This document shows positions 50,701 through 64,000 of a stretch of DNA of 64,000 nt, one piece after another. The notes under the pieces were generated by a model. That model did no database searches and was not told the origin of the DNA. It saw only the letters and a program-made list of their open reading frames with translations. The position numbers and the translations under genes are program-made. Each line of letters opens with the position of its first letter. Position 1 is the first letter of the stretch. The stretch comes from Geosiphon pyriformis uo1 (taxonomy: Eukaryota; Fungi; Glomeromycota), in contig JAAOMT010000303.1 in assembly GCA_016748015.1 (NCBI GenBank), positions 930,001-994,000 on the forward strand, in the 5' to 3' direction.

Positions 50701-53700
50701 ATCATTGTAAATCTAACCAAAGAACCTAATAAATTTATTACACATTTTAATCTGTATTAAACTATTCTTCAAATGTGTTTAACCTACTAAGTCATATGCT
50801 TTATACATGTCTTAAAGCACCAACCATATTTTTTTACTCTTTTTTAAAGCATTTTTGACCATAAAACCAAAAGCAAAGATAAAAAATTGAGTCAAAGTGC
50901 TCTTTAGAACCAAAAAGTTATCCTCATGTAAAACATTGTATTTGCAGCAAGCTGTAAAGATACAATCAGATAAAATTTTTAAAAGAATTTTTCTTGCTAT
51001 CTTAATAAGAACTATAAGTTTGGTATTTGTTAGAACACTCTTTTATTCATAAGACTTTAGAATTATAGACATTCAAACTTCTATTTAGACATTAAAAATT
51101 AATTTATTTGTCAAACAAAAGTTGAACAGACACAAAAAACAAACTTGCTATTATGTTTCTATAGCTCATTAAAAATACTGAATAGTCCAGCAGTTTTGCT
51201 ATTAAGTAGATTTTTAATTATTAACAAAAACTTATCAAAACTAATCCAAGACATTATACCAGAAAATGTGCTATTCATAATATAACCAAAAGGTTCAAAT
51301 TGTCTTTGCCAATAATAAAAAATATTGGATTTAATTATGTATTTTTTGGTCCAATTTTTTATTATTAAATCAACTCTACATCTGATTGCATTGAATTCCA
51401 AAATTAATTTACTATTATCAACTAGATAATTTAATGTAATTTTTTTAAAGAGCCATTTTAGTATATCTCTTATCATTTAATCTTTATTATTAGCAAAAGC
51501 TTCTATTTGTTTAACAATAGCATTTCTAATCCAAGACTCTTTAGCAGTTTTAGCTTTTAATATTTTATGAAACTTATAAATTCTCTTAGAATGAGCCAAT
51601 AATTGTTCAAACACAATTTTATCACTACTATTTTCTAGAGATTTTCTGAAATTTGTTATTAGAACAGAATTCAAATAAGCCTATTTGTTAAACAAAACCT
51701 AAAGCACTTTTGTATTTTTTGACTTATATGTCTTCAAAATCTTTAACACTAACAATTTCAGCTTGTAAAACTTAGAAAATACAGCATATTTGACCATTTT
51801 ATTATCTTGGTGCCATATTTTTAAAAGGGTAACATTAGTGGTAGAGCAAATTACCCAATAAAAAATATGCCACATCCTATATATGTTATTTTTTTTCTTG
51901 TATTTTTTAAATTTAACAGCAGCAGCCAAAGCAGTCATCAGTAACACATTTTCAAATTTTTCTTAGATTTCTTTGTTAATGTTACCAATTTTAAATTTCC
52001 ACTTATCTTTGGTAGTTTGTTTGCACACTAAATTGAATTGAAGATTGAGAAAATTTTCTTAAACCAATATTTACTAATATAATTAAATAGTTAGTATTAA
52101 AAAACTTATCTAAACAGTAAATACTATAGTTGAAATTTAAATCTTAAAGACTTTTATTAATTAGAACAAAGTCAATATATTTATTAACTCTTTTAAAATT
52201 GGACTATATGAAAAGTTTATGTAATAATAAATTACTAAAAAAATTAGATAAGTCTAAATTCAAGAATTTCTTAAAACTTATACTCTGATCTGAATTATTT
52301 TCATTAAAATTGCTTCTAAAAATTATAAATATACTAGTATTTAAGCATTAGCCATCATAAAATTAATATTACAGGACTGGACCAGTCTTTTTTTCAAAAT
52401 GGTATTAATATACAAACTTAAAATTATTACCAAAAGATAATTCTTGAAAAATAAATGTATTAAAAACAACCAACCAGCTACTTTTGAAATCTTATAAACG
52501 TGTTTAGCTATATTATTGTTGATAATAATAGTAATACCAAAATCTAAATAATTAGAATTAATACTTGAAGTGAAAATCCTGATTTTTTCAAGTTTATTTA
52601 TAATCTACAAATGAATTTTATTCTTTAATTTTGTCTTTATAATAATAGACACAGAATTGTCTTTGGTTTTATGCCATTGAATAATATTTTTCTGTTTAAC
52701 AAGATTATTTATCTCTTTAATATTGTACATAGTAATCTTTTAAACTAGATCTGTTATTAAGAATAGTTAAAATCCAAACCCAATTCAATATTTTTTACTT
52801 TGGCTAAAAAACTCATAACTATATTTAAAAGACTCATTATATTGGCTTCTAATTTAAAAACCATTGACATATTCAAAAAAGTCTACTCTTATAACAATTT
52901 CATTACCAGTAACCACATCTGAACTCTCACTTATTACTATATTTGCTCCTTAATTCTGTAATAAAAAAGTCACCAATGGCTAATATTTAGAGTTATGTTA
53001 AAAAATTATTAGTCTGAATGCATTCAACTTTCTAGCCAATTTATCAACTTTTTTTGCAAGACTAGTAAGATTGTGTTTAAGAGTAACAAACTTATTATTT
53101 AAATTTTTTGATACTGGTTAAATAAACTTTACTTTTAAAGAAGAACCAATATTTACAAATTTATTCTGCATAAAAAAAGGAGAAAATAAAAATTCACCAA
53201 CAATTTTGGCCTAAAATATACTCTTAAAAAAAACAGAACAGAATACAAGTACTAAATGTTTAACATAAATAGTGGCCAGTCTGCTTTTATTCACTTTTAA
53301 TAATGTTCTACAAAAAAGCCACCAAAAAACACTTTTCTATTTACAACACATCTTGTAGAAATATAACCTATATTTCTATATTTAGCATATTTTGTAAAGT
53401 TCAGCCAAGATTATTTTAGATTGATACTTCTTAAAACCAGTATAGTATTCATAACAGTATCTAATAATTTACTAAAATTAAAACAAATTACTGCATATTT
53501 AGCTTTGGCATATGTGACTGGATGTCAATTTATAATATATGTTTTTTTATCTACAGATTCAATTAAGTTCCAAATATTGTGAAAATTTGTTTTTATTAAC
53601 AATATGTAAAACAGTGCTTTATATTAATTTTTTGTATCTTATGTGTTTTTGTCTAAATTTACTTTAGCAATTTGTACAGCATTTTTTTGATCAGAATAGA

Positions 53701-54700
53701 CCATTTTGCTGTGACTAAATTGACATAATCAGAATGCTCAAACTTAATTACAATCTTTTATTACAGTTCAAGTAATTGTATTTTGATCAACTTAATAATG
53801 CTAAATTTAGAAAATACAGTATATACAGTCTTAACTAATGTTCTAATTAGAAATTTTATTATTATTACAGCTTAATCTAAATGCATTACTGATTTTTAAG
53901 ATTAGTATTTACCAAGATTTTCATATTTCTAGTTTTTTTAGATGCCTGTGCCAAGCTTAATTCAGAAGTAAATATTGTTCTAATAATTTCAATAAATTTT
54001 AAAAAGATAAATATCCCTCCAAAATTATGGATTTTGGAGAATAAATTTCTGACTATTGTAAATTTGTCTTAAGAAAACTTCTTAACAATATTATCCAAAC
54101 TAATATTTAAAGCAAATGATTTTCTAACAAAAACATTAACCAAATTTTTAGAAAAGATAGAAAAGCTGGCAGAGCATCCAACAAAATATTATTATTATTA
54201 TTACTTAAAAAATTAATTTTTTTCAAAAGTGTTTTCAATGTTTTTTTGGTCTTTACTCATGAATTTTTTGGTATTCAATTAAAGTTTTCTCCAATAAAAG
54301 TGTTTTTTTTATCATAATTAATACTGGTTTCCTTTACCAAGCACTTTTTTTTTATATTAACACTATTAAATTCAATAGTATTATTAGTTTTAGAACTTTA
54401 AGAGCAATTATCTAAAGTCTTAATAAAAACTATTTTGTTATTAATACTGTTCTTTAAAGCACCATTTTTTTTTAGAAAGCATTTGTTTATTATTGCTACT
54501 AAAACCAGAATTCTTGATAAATTTTTTAATAGACTTTTTTATAATAGTAATATTAAAACTAACAATAATCTTATAGTCAAGCAAAAAGAGTTTGAATTTA
54601 TTGTATTGAATGATTAAAACTTCTATTTAATAAATATACTCTTTAGTAGGTTTTTGAATATAAAAGAAAAAAAAGTTTTTTGTTTATTTTTTTATTTTTT
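47764..54700 (-). mobile_element. Near full-length decayed LINE (ORF1, APE endonuclease, RT, RNase H), 3' end lost
   Basis: Endonuclease start KITMYNIKEINNLVKQKNIIQWH at ~52740. RT motifs (KAYDLVG, GAFVDNIIW) at ~50800 and ~50460. RNase H-like VKVKSY..LNNK.INKLA at ~48090. Homologous to the LINEs at 27001 and 57300. Confidence 0.85.
49381..50320 (-). mobile_element. Solo LTR (family B) nested in LINE ORF2
   Basis: TGTTA...TAACA termini; perfect ATAT TSD at 49377-49380 and 50321-50324. Excision restores IPINPRVYNISLSIS, gap-free against ILINCKVVDPSLLIS of the 27-kb LINE. Confidence 0.88.
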
Positions 54701-55799
54701 TAGCTTTATTATGCAAAATTTTATTGAAATCTGTAATATAAATCAAAAACAATGTTAAATTTCTAAGTTAGTAATAGAATTATAAATTTATTAAAATTTA
54801 ATAAGTTTTTTATTAATTGTATTAATAATTTTTATGGCTTTTTTCTGTATTAAAACATTAAAAAAAATTATGTTATCTATAATAATCTTTTTAATGATCT
54901 TTGAAATAGTTAGTATTAAAGTAGTTTAAATAATTTTAAAGTTTTAAAATAATAATATTTATTATAAAATATGCAAAAAATCTTGAATTAAAATTAAAAT
55001 TATCAGATATTTTTCAATTTTTTGTGAAAATTTATGTTAAATTTTTATATATATATTAATATACTTAATACATAAATTAAACTTTTAATGTGCTAAATTT
55101 TTTGTGTTTATTATATAATTATATCATAAAATCTTTGATATTGATTTGTAAAAGTTTTATAAATATAAAACTTGTTGTATTGTAATATAATTAAAAAAGC
55201 TTGTATATTAAGTGAGTTTAATAATAAATAAAATCAAAAATACAATATTAAAGATATAATAAATCAGAAAATAAAAGACAAATAAAAAATATACTAAATT
55301 AGAAAATAAAAAATATGCTAAATTAAAAAATAAAAAACATATTAAATTAAAAAATAAAAGATTTAAATTTATGATTATTTTTATATAAATAAAATAATAT
55401 AATAAGTTAAAATATTTAGATTAATATATTTTTATAATAATTTTATTTATAAGTTTGATCATATTTATTATATAAGTTTGATTATATTATGTTATATATT
55501 TATAGTATATGTATTTATAATTATATATTATAAATAATATATTATTATAATGTAAAATAATATTATTATAAAATATTTAATTACATATTTTATCAAAAAA
55601 AAGATGATTTTATAATAATTAGTAATAATATAATATATATTTATTTTTTTATTGTTTTTAATTATTATTGTTATTTTTTATGTTTTAATTAAATATAATT
55701 TAATTATATAAAATTTAAAAATTTTACAAATAATTAATATAATAATTTAATATTTTTATATATTGATTTATATTAAATTAAATATTATTATATTGTAAA

Positions 55800-56892
55800 T
55801 ATTTTTAGAAATAAAATTATTAATGTAGTATAAATAAAATTAAAGAATATTTTGGTATTTAGAATAATAAGAGAACTAATAATTTAGTTAGTACTGTATT
55901 TTTTTCTGAATTGGTTTTGTCTTTAATATTAAAAAGTGGTTTTTGGTTACAAATAACAGAACTATTTTAAGTAATGTTTATTGTTTGTTAAGTTATTAAG
56001 TAATATTGTTTGTTGAATTTCCTAAAAAGTAAATTTTAGTGTTAATATAATTGATATTTTCTTTCATAATAATATTAATTAGTTTGTTTGTTTTTTAATA
56101 TAACATTCAAATTTACATATAACAGCAGAATATACTAGTTGTGTTTCAATTTGTGTGTACATTTATATACAAAAAACATTACACAAATGTCTTCTAATTA
56201 TTATTAAAAAGTGGTTGTATAATAGAAATTATCTTAGAATACTATGTTTAACCTATAACAAAATAGAATTATCTGATTATAGCTTTGTATATAGCTTTAA
56301 TTTTTTTGTCTATACAAATTTGTTAGTAAAATAGGCAAAACAATAAAAATCTATGTCTAATATTGTCTTAAGTTCTTTGATTATTCTTTAATTTTTGGTC
56401 TTAAGTATTAGTAATAATAAGTTTTATATAACTTTATACAAAAGCTTTGTATTTAGTTTTTGAGTTTTTAAGACCAAGTTAGTCTTTATTAACAACAAAC
56501 TTATTTTGTTCATAATATAATCATAAAACATAAAGAAAAGATATGGCTATTTAAATCTGATTATTATATTATATTAAAAAAACAAAATTTTGTTTTAATT
56601 AATAATTTTAGTGATTTTTTTTTTGGAAATTTCAGGAGTTGTATTTTTGCAAAAATAGTATATTTGCTAAGTATAATTAAAAATCAAACTGTTAGGTTTG
56701 GTTTGAAAATTAAGTATTTATTTTTTATTAATGTTAATTTAAAGACTTTTATTATTGTAATTATATAATATAGTCTTAATTAGCTAAATAATTGGTTATA
56801 TATAGTAAATATATAAATTATATCTAATTTAGAACTTAAAATAATTGTATTATATTAAATAATAATAAGATCATATTATAATATAAAAAAAA
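55800..56892 (+). mobile_element. Decayed LINE 3' fragment (C-terminal zinc-finger region and 3' UTR)
   Basis: ~56160-56290 reads YIQKTLHKCLLIIIKKWLYNRNYLRILCLTYNKIELSDYSF, matching YFMKALYNQLPVAMCKQLYDKSYPSVVCLFCGDVEVLDHAF at ~29272-29397. Shared 3' UTR at ~56770-56892. Confidence 0.65.
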
Positions 56893-57299
56893 TTACATAT
56901 TAATATTTAATTAAAAATTTTAATTAATTTAAAAATTTTTAATTTTAAGTTTTTTATATAATGAACAAAAAATTTTGAATTTAATAGTTTTTGTTATTAG
57001 ATATTTGAATTTTTTTGTATTTTTGGCAGATTTATTTTGGTGTTTTTTATTTTTTTTAAATAGATAATTTAATTTTTAAAAGTTAATTTTATGTTTTTTT
57101 TTGTATTTTTATTAAATAATTAATATTATAATTTTAATATTATTTTTTTTAATAAATTAATTTAATAACAACAAAAAATAAATAGAAAAAAGTTTAAAAA
57201 GTTAATATTTGTTAATAAAGTTATTAATTTTAAAAAAAATTTTTTGTAATAATAATAATTATTATTATATAAACAAAAAAAAACTTCTTTTTTTTCTAT

Positions 57300-60200
57300 A
57301 TTTCAAATTTTTCAAAGAGCAAATTTTGAAAAATAAGTTTTTATTTTTATTTTTTTTTGTTGTTAAGCAAATAATTTTTTGTGGTGAATTTGATAATTGC
57401 CTTAAGTAATATTATATCTAAAAAAAGCATTTAAAAGAGTTTTTTATAGTTCTGTTAAAGGTTTTTTTTCCAAAAAAAAATTTCTGTTAGTAATATTAAC
57501 CATTTTGGTGATAAAAAAAATATCTCTTTAGTCAAACTTAGTATTGATAACAGTATATATTCTAATATAAACAGTGAGTTTAGTGATAATAAAGATGATA
57601 ATATATTATTAAGTACTAATAATAGCTTTTTTCTTGGCTTAGCAGTAAATATTTCTAAAATTAAAAAAGTAAATACTGGTTTAATGTGTGGTTTTCTTAT
57701 TAAATTAATTGATTATAACATAGATAAAGATGAAAAAACCTTTTTTCTTCTTTTAATATTTCTTTAGACAAAAAATAGATTGACCCAAAAATTGTAAAAA
57801 CTCAAATTAAAATGTTTGTTAAAAAATTTTTGTTTTAGACATTAATCTCTCAACTGTAAAAAATAAATCAGTTACAGTAAAAACTCAGACTATTAGAAAC
57901 ATTTTTTTGATAATTAATGGTTTTAGAAGGGCCACTATTTTTTTAAAATTTGAAAAAATTATCTAATTAATATTTACATCTAAAAAAAATATAAAGAAAA
58001 CTACATTATTGGCTAAAAATAAGAGAATTATTATAAACAATAATGTTAAAAGACAAGAAATTTGTTTAAATCAGACTGTAATTATTAAAAAGATTTCTAT
58101 AAATATGCCAAAAAAAATAATTGTCACAACTTTTTTTAAATTTGGTTAAGTAGTGTCAATCTAATTACAATTAATTGAATTATAATAAAAGACTATAGTA
58201 GAATTTACCAAATAAAGTCAAACTGATTAATTAGTAGCAAAGTAGTTATTCTTTATCAGAAAAAATTCAGTACATATAGTAAAAACTATAAGAGATTATA
58301 AAGTCTGAATGTTAAAAGATCAGTTTAAAGTACTTTTATTTATTCTGCCTATAAAACAACTGTTTATAATTTCAGTGCTCTATTGAAAAGAGCTGAAAAA
58401 AAAACTTATATTATTAATTAATTATTTAATACTAACAATAAAATTCGATATATTGTAATTAGTTTTGAAATAAATAAAAAACTTGAGACTGCTTTTTGCA
58501 TGGAGGCAATTTTTGGTAGTGTAAAATTTGTTTGGATTAAAATAAATTTGGTTTAGTGTAAAAAGTGTGAAAGATTTAGCCATTCTGCTTTAGAGTATAA
58601 TATACTTAATACATCTACTTTTAAGCTTACAAAAACATTTAAAAAACCTGCTTTGGATGCAAATTGTTTTCAATTGGCCAAGCTATATATAAAAAAAAGT
58701 GTTTTTATCTTCTATCTTATTGCCTTTAATAGCAAATCATAGACACAGATGGTTTTATTTGCTTTTTTTTAATAATATTGGCTTCAGTTTTGGCTTTGAA
58801 TTATTTTTTTCTAGTACTTTTTATATAAAAAAAAATCTTTTAGCTAATAAGAACAATTTTTTTATTAATGTTTATTTGGCTTCTTTAAAGTACTCTCTGA
58901 AGCTTCTGGCTAATCAGGTTTTTAATATTGTGTAACAACTAAATAATATAAAACTGGTATTTTTAATATCTAATTTTCAATTTTTATTTTTAGTAATTTC
59001 TGTATTAGTATTGTTAAAGTCAAACATAGACATGGTTTTGGATAACTTTTAGTCACTTTTTGCTTCTTTTTCTCTAGTAGTAAAGAACAAAATTTTAGAT
59101 TTGGGTTTAAGTAGTTTAAAAATTTTTACTATTAAAATGGGTAAATTAAAATTAAAATTGGTAGCTCTTGAAGTTTTTATTGGCTTAATTTTGGAAAAGT
59201 TGGATTGGTTGTGTATAAACTTAGATTTTTTAGTGCATTTTTCATTTTAATGAATGAGTTTATCTGGAAAATAGCTATGTATAATGTCAAAGGTATGAAC
59301 AATTTAACAAAACAAAAAAATATTATTTTTTGGCACTTGAAATTTAACAACATAATTTCTATTCTTACTAAAACTAAGTTGAAATCTAACATTAAACTAT
59401 GGATTAAAAATAAGTTTAATAATATTCAAATTTTTACATCAGGTCTTAAAGAAGGCTTTTTTAGTACTGAAATGGCTATTGTTATAAACTATTTTTTGGT
59501 TCAACATGTATCAAAAATTGAGAAAGTTTTTGGCAGAATTATTTCAGTTTGATTGTTGTTTAAAAACAAATTTTCGGTTATTATTTTGGGTCTGTATGCT
59601 GATATATTAGCCAAAGTACAGTTTGATCAGGCTTTTAATGTCAATTCAGTTATTTTTAATGCTATTAGTTCTAGTTTTTTTGTAATTCTGTGTGGTAACT
59701 TCAATAAAAATAGTTTTAAGAAGTGTATAAGTTTCAAAAAGTGTTTAAATATGGGTTTAATCAACTTACTAAGTAGACATTTTTTGGATAAATTGATTAC
59801 TTGAAACAACTTTAGAAGCATAGAAAAAGTTATTGACTATATTTTCATAAATAAAAATTTGTCTTCAGTAATTACTGGGCATAAAATTGAATCTGTATCT
59901 GAGTTTTTTAATATTAATTATAAATTAGTTATAGTTTTGATTGAATTAAGAGACCTATTAGATATTTGTTTAAATAATGTTTGTAAGAAAGCTAATAAAA
60001 ATCAGTAAAAGTTCTAGATTAAAGATGCAGATAAGGCCAAATAAATGTATTTCAAAGATTGTTTTTTTATTAATTTGTTGGCAACAATGAGTGATTTTGT
60101 AAATACAAGAAATAAAAAAAATCTGTATAAGATATAAGAAGTGTTGAGAAATATTGTAATTGACTTGGCTAATAAGGTGTTTTTTAAACAATAATTCTGT

Positions 60201-62176
60201 AATTTTAATTGTTCAAAAAACAAACAATCTTTAAGGTTTTTTAAGCTAAAGTTATTAGTTACTAAGATAATAAAAAGTTTAAATTTAAATAAGGTATCTG
60301 ATTTTAAAAAATTTGTTAGAGTTTGGTTGACCATTAATAATATTAAAGCTTCCAAAGTTGTTGTCATGTCTTGTAATAATATAAAACTGACAAAAATTAT
60401 TGAACATTTGTCAAAAATTAAGAAAAAATATTAAAAATTTAAATACTATAAATCAGAAATAACCAAAAATACATTTATTAAAAATGTAATTGAAAAGCAA
60501 ATAAAAAATTTCAGTTTAAATAAGGGAAATATGATAAAAAGTGTTTTAAAATGATCTTTTTACAAAGTTGTTTTGGATTATTTAATAATAGAAAAGGAGT
60601 TAATTTTGGAATTGAATAAAATAAAATCTAAAATAGATAGTATTATAATGAAATAAACAAAAAAGTGAAAAATTTTATCAGTTCTGCTTAATTTGTAGAC
60701 TTATCAATATATTCTTTTGGAGCATGTAAAGAATAATGCTTTTTTTGACATAAAGAACAAAATTAGCTTAAAAAAATTAGTATTAATGATTAATGAATTA
60801 CCTGATAGAAAAGTTATTAGTTTTTTCAGTATTTTAAATGAACTATAAAAACACTGTAGTGATAAAATAATAAAATGCCTTTTGGATCTATTGAATTCTT
60901 GTTTTAAGCTTGGTAATATTCTGAATTCTTGAAAAAAAACTTGAGTCTTAATGATTTTTAAGTCTTATAAATGAGAAAACATTTTAATTAACACATAGTC
61001 TATTGTATTAATTAAAACTGCAAGAAAAATTTTGCCTAAGATTCTGTCAAATTGAATCTTGTCTGTTTGTAACAAGCTTAATGTTTTTTGTGATGATAAT
61101 TTTTCAGTTTTAAAGGATATTTTAACTCAGTTTTCTGTGTTTGTTGTTAATTTGATAATAAAAATGCTCTGAAAAAGAGCCAAAAAATCTGGCTAGTTTT
61201 GCAAGATATGCACAAAGCTTATAATTCAGTTGGGTAATATTATTTAAGACCAGTTTGAAATATATTAAAATATGTAACAGATTTATTAAGTTTTTTGGAA
61301 ATATTTATAAAAACAAAAATAACAGAGTAATGACTAATTTTGGCCTCTTAAATAGCTATATAGTTCATAATAGGCTGGATTAAGATGAAATTTTTTCACC
61401 ACTTTTTTGAAGAATTTTTTATGATTATTTGTTGTGTGAAGTTAAAAGACATAAATATTTGTATAGATATAGAATTAATTCTAATTTGTAACAAAAACAA
61501 ACAAAGTAAAAGTTAATAGAAATGTTTTTTCATTTTTTGCAGCCAGTGTTTTTGTTGATAATACAATATAAGTAAGAAGTAGTTAGGTATTAACACAGTA
61601 TATTTTAAATATTACAAATAAATTTTTCTGAATTAATAATATTTCTATCAATAATAATAAGACAATAACTATTCCTATTAATCAAAAAGTAGTGAAAACT
61701 TCTTTGCACATTAGTAACCAACCAATTTTTGTGGCCAAATCTAGTAAATTGCATAGATATATAGATATTTTTTTACCAACAAAAAACTTATTCATATTAA
61801 GTCTTGTTAAAGCATATTTAAATGTTAGGTTTTTTTTGAATATAATTCTTAGAAAAACATTGTCAAATAAGCAGTTTTCTTATTTAGTCTTAATAGTTTT
61901 GCAGCTTATAGTAGTTATTGAACACAGTTCAGTTTTGTATCTAAGAGTATATGCTATAAATGAGATATTATAATAAAAAAAAGGCTTAAATCTAAGGCCA
62001 ATCTTCCAAAAAATTTTTCCAATAAAGCTATATATCATTTGTTTTTGTATAGTTTAAAGTTTTTTGAACAGATATAAATAAAAGCCAAGGTAGCTGCTAA
62101 AATTTTTGGCTAATTGTTTAGGCATTTTGTTTTAAATTTGCAAATTTTAGAATGGATGCTTCTAAATTTTTTGCAG
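57300..62176 (+). mobile_element. Decayed LINE (ORF1 with zinc knuckle, APE endonuclease, RT), truncated by an LTR
   Basis: Knuckle CKKCERFSHSALEY at ~58557. Endonuclease WKIAMYNVKGMNN, LCGNFN and IDYIF at 59250-59850. RT QDMHKAYNSVG at ~61200 and VFVDNT at ~61550. Many stops. Confidence 0.88.
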
Positions 62177-63104
62177 TATTATAGGTAATTATTTAGGGTT
62201 TTAAATCAAATAACAAACCTGTAACTTGGTATTCAATAGCTGTAATTGATAGTAATGTCTAAAGGTTTTACAATCTGAAGGTTTTGGTTGAGTTTTTCAT
62301 ATAATAAACAGAGATTTAATGGTGTGCAATTCTTTTGTGATGAGTTTCCCAATTTTTTTTTTCAGCTTAATGGCCAATTTATTTTGGCAGTTGTGCCCTT
62401 CTGATAAGCTATCCAAATTTTCACTCTGTATTTTTCTATTCAGGTTTTTTACCAGACTATCCATGATGTCAATAACTTAGTATTTAATCTTTAATCAACT
62501 AGTATACAACAATAAAATATTACAGTAAAGAAAAATAATGAAGAAATAAAGAAATTAGCCAAGACAATTATGTTAGTATCTCATTAATAGTCATGATCAA
62601 GAGCTATTGTTCTAATGTGATTAAGTATTAAATACTATCAACATAAAGTGTTGATAGTAGAAAGAGTAGTTTAAATAATAAATAATTATTTATTGATATT
62701 AATAATTCCAATAAAAATGTGGTAATAGGAAAATCTTGGTAATAATTTTGTCTTTTTTACTTCTAACACTCTTACTATATATACATAATTTAGATTCTAT
62801 GAGATTGTTTACATTCCCAAGCAATGTGTTATAATTTCTTAAGCAATATGCTCATGTGCTAACTACTACTTTCCTATTGGTTTATCTGTTTTTTTTACTA
62901 TTTTTTCTTTATATATTTTCTTTATAAATAATATTATCTCTTCCTTTTAATATTGAACTCTGTTGAAATTTTCACTTTGAATTAAGTTTAATACTTTTTT
63001 TTCTAATACTGTTTGTTTAATTTTGTTTCTTATATGTTCAATTTGCACGTTGTTTATTCTTTTCTATTGGTTAATAGTAATTGTCTTTATGTCAGGATGT
63101 AACA
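62177..63104 (-). mobile_element. LTR (family A) with non-matching flanks
   Basis: TATTATA (decayed TGTTACA)...GTAACA; left ~600 bp homologous to 30010-30650; flanks GCAG / ATAT. Confidence 0.75.
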
Positions 63105-63494
63105 ATATTTTTGAGTAATTTTGAAATATCATATGTAGTCAATATATTGTTCTAATGTGCAATATTAAAATTGTTTTCTTTCTGATAATATTTTTAATAT
63201 TTTGTATTATTTCTTAATTGAATATTTTTTTGGTTTTATCAAGATATAATTTCTGAATGTTCAACTTTTGTCCCAACTAATAGTAGCAGTATAGTATTGG
63301 AAGTTGTTTTGTTTATTGTTTTTAATTTTCTTTTGAAAGTTTTTCTGTTAAAACTATGCTAGGTATTTTTCCAAAAGTGTTCTTTACTTTCTCTACTATT
63401 TTATCTGACCAGCTTATTGATTGTTTCTGTGGTCACTGGTATGGTGTATTTTTTTTGTTTTTGTTTGGTGTTTCAATAACAAATTGTTTGGTGG

Positions 63495-64000
63495 TATTAC
63501 CGGAGGTTTTTGATCTCTTTTCTTGAATGTTGTAACTGTCTGTTGGTTGCAAATTCACGTTTTCTAGAAGTAGTTGAACCTCCAATAACTGAATTTATCT
63601 TAAAATTATCTCCTATAATTTGAATTGCTGGGCTTATAAGTGAAATGGCCAATTCCTTGCCAGTTACTTTATGTAGTTACGTTGTAGTAAATGTCAACTC
63701 TTTCTCAGGAATTGCTCATTTGGAAGCTCACTAAAAATGTGTAGTTACTTTGCTGTGAAAGTCAACTCTTCTACAGGAATTTCATCTGTAGGCTACCCTA
63801 ATAATTGTAATAAGAAAAGAAAAAAAAAATAAAAGAAATGTAAAAGAAATAGGATTTTATCAAGGGAAACGTTTTCTATCCAGGCCTGGAGTCACTAACA
63901 GTTTACTGAAATTGGTAGCTAATCAATTTCAAAACGTTAGTTGGGTTTTGAGGATTTTCCAAGTGCAATAATTAAAGAATTTGGTTTTTCGAATTATTTG
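63495..64000 (-). mobile_element. LTR (family B), less decayed copy, cut by the window edge
   Basis: Colinear with 49381-49880; starts TATTACC at the position equivalent to TGTTATT of 49381; retains several CpGs. Confidence 0.75.

Noticed and set aside
54700-55800. Possible additional LTR with ~24-bp tandem repeats (55260-55370)
   Set aside because: Too decayed; no termini or TSD could be identified.

Overview
Very AT-rich eukaryotic DNA, most consistent with a Glomeromycota (arbuscular-mycorrhizal/Geosiphon-like) fungus. This is an inference from short GT-AG introns, a MATA/SOX-type HMG box, a Sel1-repeat gene and the style of the LINEs. Four intact genes sit in CpG-retaining islands: (1) a 4-exon, ~914-aa HMG-box protein fused to a degenerate thymidylate-kinase domain (14766-17760, +); (2) an intronless Sel1-like repeat protein (23053-24411, -); (3) a ~725-aa disordered/coiled-coil/single-TM protein (36474-39082, +); (4) an 8-exon mitochondrial carrier (39466-41095, +). 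The rest is a nested graveyard of RNase H-bearing LINEs, an ORF1-only non-autonomous LINE family, solo LTRs with 4-bp TSDs and a pogo-like remnant, all eroded by C>T/G>A change. The best candidates for undescribed biology are two. First, the HMG/pseudo-thymidylate-kinase transcription factor, with a promoter rich in HMG-type sites and a telomere-like G4 motif. Second, a TE-restricted, context-dependent cytosine loss that goes beyond CpG. All exon structures and counts were derived by hand; boundaries of decayed TEs are approximate.
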